Below, in pieces: positions 57,836 through 64,000 of a stretch of DNA of 64,000 nt. A program made the translations under genes and the position numbers. The stretch's first letter is position 1. Each line of letters begins with the position of its first letter. The stretch lies in the NCBI GenBank assembly GCA_964490075.1, contig CAZBBK010000021.1, forward strand, positions 1-64,000, in the 5' to 3' direction. Source of the stretch: an uncultured Gemmatimonadota bacterium. Its GTDB lineage: Bacteria; GCA-2686955. The notes under the pieces are model-generated. The model was not told the DNA's origin. It made no database searches and saw only the letters and a program-made list of their open reading frames with translations.

Positions 57836-58276
57836 TACGCGAGGGCAGGGTCTCGACGAAGTCCCTGATCTCGTCTCGAGCCGAACGAAAGAGCGCCAGG
57901 ATCTGCTCCTCGCCGCCGCGGGGTCGCGGAAGCTCCGGTGCAGGACCAGGGCCGCCCCCGTGAAGCTGGGACAGGCCTGGCCGGCGGAGTCGCAAACCGT
58001 GACGACCACATCGGGCCCCGGCGGCTCCAGGTCGTCCAGGCGCCTGGACCGTTGATTCGAGATATCGACCCCGACCTCTTGCATCACCCGAACGGCTCGA
58101 GGGTTCAACCCATGGGCCTCGATTCCGGCCGATAATGCCTGGTACCGACCACCCAAGAGTGCCCTGGCCCAGCCCTCGGCGATCTGGCTGCGACACGAGT
58201 TGCCGGTGCACAAAAAGAGCACTCGAACCGGTCTCCGAAACCACCTTTCCGCCACCGGTTCTGATTGACTGTCCAT
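57813..58276 (-). pseudogene. arsC: Arsenate reductase ArsC (thioredoxin-type, LMW-PTPase fold), frameshifted near the 3' end as assembled
   Basis: CTGNSCRSQ, VTVCD...CP and FRDP in one frame. EEQILALFRSARDEIRDFV continues in another frame after the GCG repeat at about 57911-57920. Confidence 0.75.
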
Positions 58277-58339
58277 CGTCTCAACCCCTAGGCTCGTGGC
58301 CTTTGAGCACTGTGTCCCAAGTCGCTGCTTGGAGCCGAT

Positions 58340-58693
58340 ATGTCTGAGAATCTCGCGCTGGTGTTGTTCGTCATCGCGGCGGCCGGCGTGGCCGCGTTCA
58401 TGATGGGAACCGCGGTCTTCCTGGGGCCGAAGCGGCGTCACCGGGTCAAGGACCAGCCCTTCGCCTGCGGCGGGCTCACCGACCCCTATCCCGGTGAGCA
58501 GTTCCCGGTCCGATTCTACCTGGTGGCGATGCTCTTCATCCTCTTCGATATCGAGGTGCTCTTCCTCTACTTCTGGGGAGTGATCTTCCGCGACCTCGGG
58601 CTTCCCGGTCTCTACGAGGTCCTGCTCTTCATCGGCGTCCTGGGCGCCGGTCTGGCCTATGTCTGGCGGCGAGGTGCGTTGCGATGGGTCTGA
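58340..58693 (+). CDS. nuoA: NADH-quinone oxidoreductase subunit A
   Basis: PFACG, FYLVAMLFILFDIE, GALRW. Confidence 0.93.
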   Translation: MSENLALVLFVIAAAGVAAFMMGTAVFLGPKRRHRVKDQPFACGGLTDPYPGEQFPVRFYLVAMLFILFDIEVLFLYFWGVIFRDLGLPGLYEVLLFIGVLGAGLAYVWRRGALRWV

Positions 58694-59172
58694 TCCAGTC
58701 TTCGATCGAGGCACTTTCGGGGTCGGTGGCGCTCGCCAAGCTCGACGATCTCCTCGGCTGGGCCCGCAAGTACTCCATCTTCCAATATCCCTTCATCACC
58801 GCCTGCTGCGGCATGGAGTACATGTCCGCCGCCTGCTCCCACTACGATGTGGACCGTTTCGGCGCCGGCCTCACGCGCTTCTCCCCGCGCCAGGCCGACG
58901 TGCTCTTCGTGGTCGGCACCATCACCCACAAGCAAGCCCCCTACTTGCTGCGCGTCTATCAACAGATTTGCGAACCGAAGTGGGTGGTGGCCTTCGGGGC
59001 CTGCGTGATCGGCGGCGGCCCCTATGAGAACTATGCCGCGGTGCAGGGGATCGACAAGATCATCCCAGTCGATCTCTACATTCCCGGGTGCCCCCCGCGC
59101 CCAGAGGCGGTTCTCGACGGACTGATCAAGCTGCAAGAGAAGATTCAGAAAGCGCCCCACGGGCGTGTGTAG
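58684..59172 (+). CDS. nuoB: NADH-quinone oxidoreductase subunit B
   Basis: TACCGME, SPRQAD, GAC, IPGCPPRPE. Confidence 0.95.
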   Translation: MGLIQSSIEALSGSVALAKLDDLLGWARKYSIFQYPFITACCGMEYMSAACSHYDVDRFGAGLTRFSPRQADVLFVVGTITHKQAPYLLRVYQQICEPKWVVAFGACVIGGGPYENYAAVQGIDKIIPVDLYIPGCPPRPEAVLDGLIKLQEKIQKAPHGRV

Positions 59173-59191
59173 CAGCCATCCGAGGTAATCC

Positions 59192-61018
59192 ATGAGCCAG
59201 TACGTGCTCGACAGATTGACGGCGGAGCTGGGCGAGGCGGTGCTCGATACCCAGGCGCAGCACGGCGACGAAACGGCACGCATCGAGGCGAGCCAGCTGC
59301 ACCGCGCGGCCCGCTTCCTGCGCGACGATCCCGATCTCGACATGGCCATGCTGGTCGATGTGACGGCGGTCGATCGCCCGCAGAGCGAGCAACGCTTCGA
59401 GGTGGTCTATCACCTGCACTCCCTGAGCCACGGCCACCGCGTGCGCCTGAAGATCGACGCTCCAGGAGGAGACGATCCCGAGGTGCCGACACTCGCCGAT
59501 CTGTGGAAGGGCGCCCAGTGGCTGGAGCGCGAGGTCTTCGACATGTTCGGGGTGCGTTTCAGCGGCCACCCGGATCTGCGGCGACTCCTGCTCTACCCGG
59601 AGTTCGAGGGATATCCGCTGCGCAAGGATTATCCGATCCAAAAAGAGCAGCCACGCATTCCCGATCTGGCCGGCTATCCGCAGGTCGACTACGACGCCAG
59701 CGAAGACGTGGCGCGCCTGCAGAAGGGGCTGCAGCGAGCTTCGAGCCCACGCGTCGGTGGCGACGCCCGGCGCAACGGCCGGGTGCTGCACGGCACCGAG
59801 GCCGGACTCGCGCATCCGGTGGCGGCCGCCACCGACGCCAAGGGCACCACCAAAAACGTGTTCCTCGACATGGGGCCCTCGCATCCGGCCATGCACGGCA
59901 CGATTCGCGTCTCGGTCGAGCTCTCCGGCGAGATGATCGTCGGCTCCGACGTCGACATCGGCTACCTGCATCGCGGTTTCGAGAAGATGTGCGAAAACCG
60001 CAGCTACGCCCAGTCGATCATCTTCACCGACCGCCTGAACTACGTCTCGCCGATCATCAACAACACCGGCTGGTCGCTGGCGGTCGAGAAGCTGATGGGC
60101 ATCGAGGTGCCGGAGCGGGCGCAGGCGCTGCGAGTGCTGATGTCGGAGATCAGCCGCATCGCCGACCACCTGACCTGCGTGGCCGCCCACTCGATGGAGA
60201 CCGGAGCGTTCACGGCCTTCCTCTACCTGATCGAAGCTCGCGAAGAGCTCTACAAACTGCTGGAGCGGGTCTGCGGCGGGCGGGTGACGCTGGCCTACAC
60301 CCGCATCGGCGGCGTGGCGGCCGACCTGCCCGACGATTTCGCCGCCCACATGGAGCGCGCCTTCGCCAAGACCCGCGAGATGATGGCCGACGTGGTCAAG
60401 CTGCTGAACGGCAACCGCATCTTCCAGGACCGGATGATCGGCGTCGGGGCGATCAGCGCCGAGGATGCGCTCTCCTACGGGATCACCGGGCCCTTCCTGC
60501 GCTCCACGGGTGTCTCGTACGACGTTCGCAAGGCGGCCCCCTACTGCGGCTACGATCGTTACCAGTTCGAAGTGCCGGTGGGCAAGAACGGCGACAACTT
60601 CGACCGCTACCTGGTGCGCATGGAAGAGATGCGACAATCGCTGCGCATCGCCGAACAAGCCCTTGCGGCGCTGCCCGAGGGCCCGATCCAGTCGCTCGAC
60701 CCGCGCGTCGGCCGGCCGCCGAAATCCGAAGTCTACGGCAGCATCGAAGGACTGATGAACCACTTCAAGCTGGTCATGTCGGGCCACGGCGTCGAGCCGC
60801 CGCCGGGCGAGGCCTACGGCTACGTGGAAGGGGGCAACGGCGAGCTCGGCTTCTACCTGGTCTCCGACGGCAGCGACACCGCCTACCGCGCCCACTGTCG
60901 CGGGCCCTGCTTCGCGCCGATGAGCGCTCTGTCGTCGATGATCGAGGGACTGACCGTCGCCGACGTCATTCCCACCTTTGGAACCGTCAACATGATCGGT
61001 GGGGAGCTGGACCGGTGA
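59192..61018 (+). CDS. nuoCD: Fused NADH-quinone oxidoreductase subunit C/D
   Basis: EREVFDMFG...PLRKDYP (C) in frame with GPSHPAMHG, GYLHRG, DRLNY and GELDR (D). Confidence 0.93.
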   Translation: MSQYVLDRLTAELGEAVLDTQAQHGDETARIEASQLHRAARFLRDDPDLDMAMLVDVTAVDRPQSEQRFEVVYHLHSLSHGHRVRLKIDAPGGDDPEVPTLADLWKGAQWLEREVFDMFGVRFSGHPDLRRLLLYPEFEGYPLRKDYPIQKEQPRIPDLAGYPQVDYDASEDVARLQKGLQRASSPRVGGDARRNGRVLHGTEAGLAHPVAAATDAKGTTKNVFLDMGPSHPAMHGTIRVSVELSGEMIVGSDVDIGYLHRGFEKMCENRSYAQSIIFTDRLNYVSPIINNTGWSLAVEKLMGIEVPERAQALRVLMSEISRIADHLTCVAAHSMETGAFTAFLYLIEAREELYKLLERVCGGRVTLAYTRIGGVAADLPDDFAAHMERAFAKTREMMADVVKLLNGNRIFQDRMIGVGAISAEDALSYGITGPFLRSTGVSYDVRKAAPYCGYDRYQFEVPVGKNGDNFDRYLVRMEEMRQSLRIAEQALAALPEGPIQSLDPRVGRPPKSEVYGSIEGLMNHFKLVMSGHGVEPPPGEAYGYVEGGNGELGFYLVSDGSDTAYRAHCRGPCFAPMSALSSMIEGLTVADVIPTFGTVNMIGGELDR

Positions 61019-62805
61019 GCGAGATCCTGACCCAAGAGATGATCACCGAGATCGACGAGCTGGTGGCGCGCTACCCCGATCCCCGCGCCGCCGCGCTGCC
61101 GGCCCTGCACGTGGTGCAGCGCGAGCACGGCCACATCGGCACCGAAGCCGAAGAGGCGCTGGCCCGTCACCTGGGCATGTCGGTGGCTCGGGTCCACGAG
61201 GTGGTGACCTTCTATAGCATGTTCCGCAGCACACCGGCCGGCAAGTACCGGCTCGAGGTCTGCACCAATCTGTCGTGCACCTTGCGCGGCGCAGAAGAGG
61301 TGGTGGCGCGAATCTCCGAGTCGCTCGGGATCGGGCCCGGCCAGACCACCCCGGACGGGCTCTTCACGCTCAGCGCCGTCGAGTGTCTCGGCTCCTGCGG
61401 CACCGCCCCCGCGGTGCAGGTCAACGACACCTATCACGAGCACGTGGGGCCCGATCAGGCCGCCGCCTTGCTCGAGACGTTGAAAGGTGATGGCGAGAAC
61501 GCGCTGTGTCCCAGCGCCGTCTACGTCGACGGAATAGACGAGCCGCGCGAAGAGCGCGACTGGGAACGCTACCTGAGCACACACTGGGACCACGAGAGCT
61601 CGCACACCCTGGAACGCTACCTCGAGATCGGTGGCTATCAGGGACTGAAGAAGGCGCTGGCCATGGAGCCCGCCGAGGTCACCGCCGAGGTCAAGGCGTC
61701 CAACCTGCGCGGCCTCGGCGGCGCCGGCTTCCCGGCCGGTATCAAGTGGGGCTTCGTTCCCGAGAACAGCGGCAAGCCGGTCTACCTGGCGGTGAACGCC
61801 GACGAGGGCGAGCCGGGTACCTTCAAGGACCGCATGTTCCTGGAGCGCGAACCGCATCGTCTGATCGAAGGCATCGCCATCTGCTGCCACGCGGTGGGGA
61901 TCGCAAAGGCCTTCGTCTACGTGCGCGGCGAGTTCGTCTACCAGATCGAGATGCTGGAGCGGGCGCTGGCCGAGGCGCGCGCGGCGGGCTACTTGGGCCC
62001 CGACGCGCTGGGCCCGGGACGCGACCTGGAGATCTGGGTCCATCGCGGTGCCGGTGCCTACATCTGCGGCGAAGAGACCGGCCTCCTGAACAGCCTCGAA
62101 GGCGGCAAGGGTTGGCCGCGCCTCAAGCCCCCCTTCCCGGCGGTGGAAGGGCTGTGGACCGCACCCACCGTCATCAATAACGTAGAAACGCTGAGCCAGC
62201 TCCCCTTCATCATGAGACGCGGCGCGGCCTGGTTCGCCGGCCTGGGGACCGAGCGCAGCGGCGGCAATCGACTGCTCTCGGTCTCCGGACATGTGACGCG
62301 ACCGGGGATCTACGAAATCCCCCAGGGCGGAGCCACCATTCGCCAGGTGGTCGAACAGCTCTGCCTGGGCGTGGCGGGGGGGCGGAGCCTGCAGGCGGTG
62401 GTGCCCGGCGGCTCCTCGTCGCCGATTCTGCGCGCCGAGGAATGCGACGTGGCGATCGAGTTCGACGCCATGATGAAGGCCGGTACCATGGCCGGCTCGG
62501 GCGCGGTCATCGTGCTCGACGACACGGTCGACATCGTCGACTTCGCGCTGCGCACCGCGCAGTTCTACTTCCACGAATCGTGCGGCCAGTGCACTCCCTG
62601 CCGAGAAGGCGTGGGGTGGATCACGCGAATCCTGGCGCGGATCCAAGCCGGGCGGATGAAGGCCGGCGATCTCGAGACCATCGAGAATGTCTGCGACAAC
62701 ATTCAGGGGAACACGGTCTGTGCCCTGGGCGATGCGGCGGCCATGCCGATTCGCGCCATGGTCCAGAAGTACCCCGACAAGTTCCGCGCCAAGGCGGGAG
62801 TCTAG
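61015..62805 (+). CDS. nuoEF: Fused NADH-quinone oxidoreductase subunit E/F
   Basis: GTG overlaps the nuoCD stop. CTNLSC...CLGSC (E) is in frame with RGLGGAGFP, NADEGEPG, GAGAYICGEE and ESCGQCTPCREG (F). Confidence 0.9.
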   Translation: MSEILTQEMITEIDELVARYPDPRAAALPALHVVQREHGHIGTEAEEALARHLGMSVARVHEVVTFYSMFRSTPAGKYRLEVCTNLSCTLRGAEEVVARISESLGIGPGQTTPDGLFTLSAVECLGSCGTAPAVQVNDTYHEHVGPDQAAALLETLKGDGENALCPSAVYVDGIDEPREERDWERYLSTHWDHESSHTLERYLEIGGYQGLKKALAMEPAEVTAEVKASNLRGLGGAGFPAGIKWGFVPENSGKPVYLAVNADEGEPGTFKDRMFLEREPHRLIEGIAICCHAVGIAKAFVYVRGEFVYQIEMLERALAEARAAGYLGPDALGPGRDLEIWVHRGAGAYICGEETGLLNSLEGGKGWPRLKPPFPAVEGLWTAPTVINNVETLSQLPFIMRRGAAWFAGLGTERSGGNRLLSVSGHVTRPGIYEIPQGGATIRQVVEQLCLGVAGGRSLQAVVPGGSSSPILRAEECDVAIEFDAMMKAGTMAGSGAVIVLDDTVDIVDFALRTAQFYFHESCGQCTPCREGVGWITRILARIQAGRMKAGDLETIENVCDNIQGNTVCALGDAAAMPIRAMVQKYPDKFRAKAGV

Positions 62806-62814
62806 GAAACGGCG

Positions 62815-64000
62815 ATGCCGACCATCACCATCGACGGCAACCAGATCGAGGTCGCCCCGGGAACACGCCTGATCGATGCGGCGCAGACCATCGGGATCGA
62901 GATCCCGCGCTTTTGCTACCACCCAGGGCTCTCGGTCGCGGGCAACTGCCGCATGTGCGAGATCGAGATCGAGGGCATGCAGAAGCTGGAGCCGGCCTGC
63001 AACACCATCTGTCGCGAGGGCATGGTGGTGCACACCGATACCGAGCGTGTGCGCAACACCCGCGCAGCGATATTGGAGATGCTGCTGATCCACCATCCGC
63101 TCGACTGCCCGATCTGCGACCAGGCCGGTGAGTGCAAGCTGCAGGATTACTACATGCGGCACGGGCTCTACAAGAGCCGCTTCGACCTGGAAGACAAGCT
63201 CGGCGAGCCGAAGATGATCGATCTGGGCCGCGACATCATGCTCGACAACGAGCGCTGCGTGAACTGTACCGCTTGTGTTCGCTTCAGCGCCGAGATCTCC
63301 GGCGAGGCGGAGCTCGGCATGTTCAACCGCGGCGATAACTCGCGCATCGGTACCGTCGACGGCCGGCCCTTGACCAGCCGCTACGCCGGCAACCTGGTCG
63401 AGGTCTGTCCGGTCGGAGCGCTGACCAGCATCGATTTCCGCTTTCGGCGTCGCGTCTGGTTCCTCTCGTCCACCGACTCGGTCTGCGATGGATGCTCGCG
63501 CGGCTGCGCGATCCGCGTCGACCACGACCTGACCCACGGCTACAAAAAGGGCGGCGACCGGGTGTTCCGCTTCCGGGCGCGGCCCAACCCCCAGGTCAAC
63601 GACCACTGGATCTGCGACGCCGGCCGCGGCTCCTACAAGCGCATCGACGCCCGCGATCGAATCCACCAGCCGCAGCTCCGCGACGGCACAGTGCTGATCT
63701 GGCCCGAGGTGATCGAGCGCCTGGCGAAGGCACTGGGCGATGGCGCCAAGGTCGACGTGATCCTGGGCACCGACCGTAGCTGCGAGGAGATGTACGCGGT
63801 GCGCAAGGTGCTGGGCCCACACGCGCGTAGCGTCGAATGCCGCGTGCCCGGGGTGGGCACGGGCGAGGGCGACGATTTCCTGCGCACAGGCGATCACACG
63901 CCCAATCGGCGCGGGGCTCTGGAGCTCGGATTCCCGGCCGCGCTCGATTCCTCGACGAGCGAGGTCGAGGCGATCCTGGAGCGGGCCGCGCATGGCGAGA
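62815..64000 (+). CDS. nuoG: NADH-quinone oxidoreductase subunit G (partial, runs off the window)
   Basis: IPRFCYHP...GNCRMC, HPLDCPICDQAGEC, CPVGALT. Confidence 0.9.
   Translation, partial: MPTITIDGNQIEVAPGTRLIDAAQTIGIEIPRFCYHPGLSVAGNCRMCEIEIEGMQKLEPACNTICREGMVVHTDTERVRNTRAAILEMLLIHHPLDCPICDQAGECKLQDYYMRHGLYKSRFDLEDKLGEPKMIDLGRDIMLDNERCVNCTACVRFSAEISGEAELGMFNRGDNSRIGTVDGRPLTSRYAGNLVEVCPVGALTSIDFRFRRRVWFLSSTDSVCDGCSRGCAIRVDHDLTHGYKKGGDRVFRFRARPNPQVNDHWICDAGRGSYKRIDARDRIHQPQLRDGTVLIWPEVIERLAKALGDGAKVDVILGTDRSCEEMYAVRKVLGPHARSVECRVPGVGTGEGDDFLRTGDHTPNRRGALELGFPAALDSSTSEVEAILERAAHGE

Overview
High-GC (about 70% by eye) bacterial chromosomal window from a diderm organism: it encodes a PorV-like barrel, an Omp85-like barrel, lipoproteins and an O-antigen-ligase-family gene. 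FlgD-Ig proteins next to a PorV-type gene suggest an FCB-superphylum candidate lineage (inference only). In order, the window holds: (1) a palindromic repeat element with a 51-bp period, present twice (1-375 and 19718-20154); (2) a toxin-antitoxin pair in which a ParD-type ribbon-helix-helix domain is fused to a MenA1-like antitoxin, followed by a MenT1-like nucleotidyltransferase carrying two compensating frameshifts; (3) a large FlgD/Ig-repeat secreted protein coupled to a PorV/PorQ-like gene; (4) a signalling island with a multi-GAF hybrid kinase, response regulators, two STAS proteins, an RsbW-like kinase and PP2C phosphatases; (5) an IS110 remnant; (6) a glycosylation/polysaccharide cluster; (7) an M1 aminopeptidase with an apparent Omp85-type C-terminal barrel; (8) a beta-helix protein, pmm/pgm, rnd and a DegT aminotransferase; (9) a YqeB plus YgfM/2Fe-2S/XdhD/amidohydrolase cluster, predicted selenium-dependent molybdenum hydroxylase, interrupted by a TPR hybrid kinase; (10) an LpoB/COG3014/LPP20 lipoprotein cluster, CoA-metabolism genes and a frameshifted arsC; (11) the start of a nuo operon with fused NuoCD and fused NuoEF. 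I recognised no rRNA, tRNA or CRISPR-cas genes. All family calls come from motif recognition by eye and recalled reference sequences; no database searches were run. The best novelty candidates are the RHH-MenA/MenT module, the 51-bp palindromic array and the M1-peptidase-Omp85 fusion.
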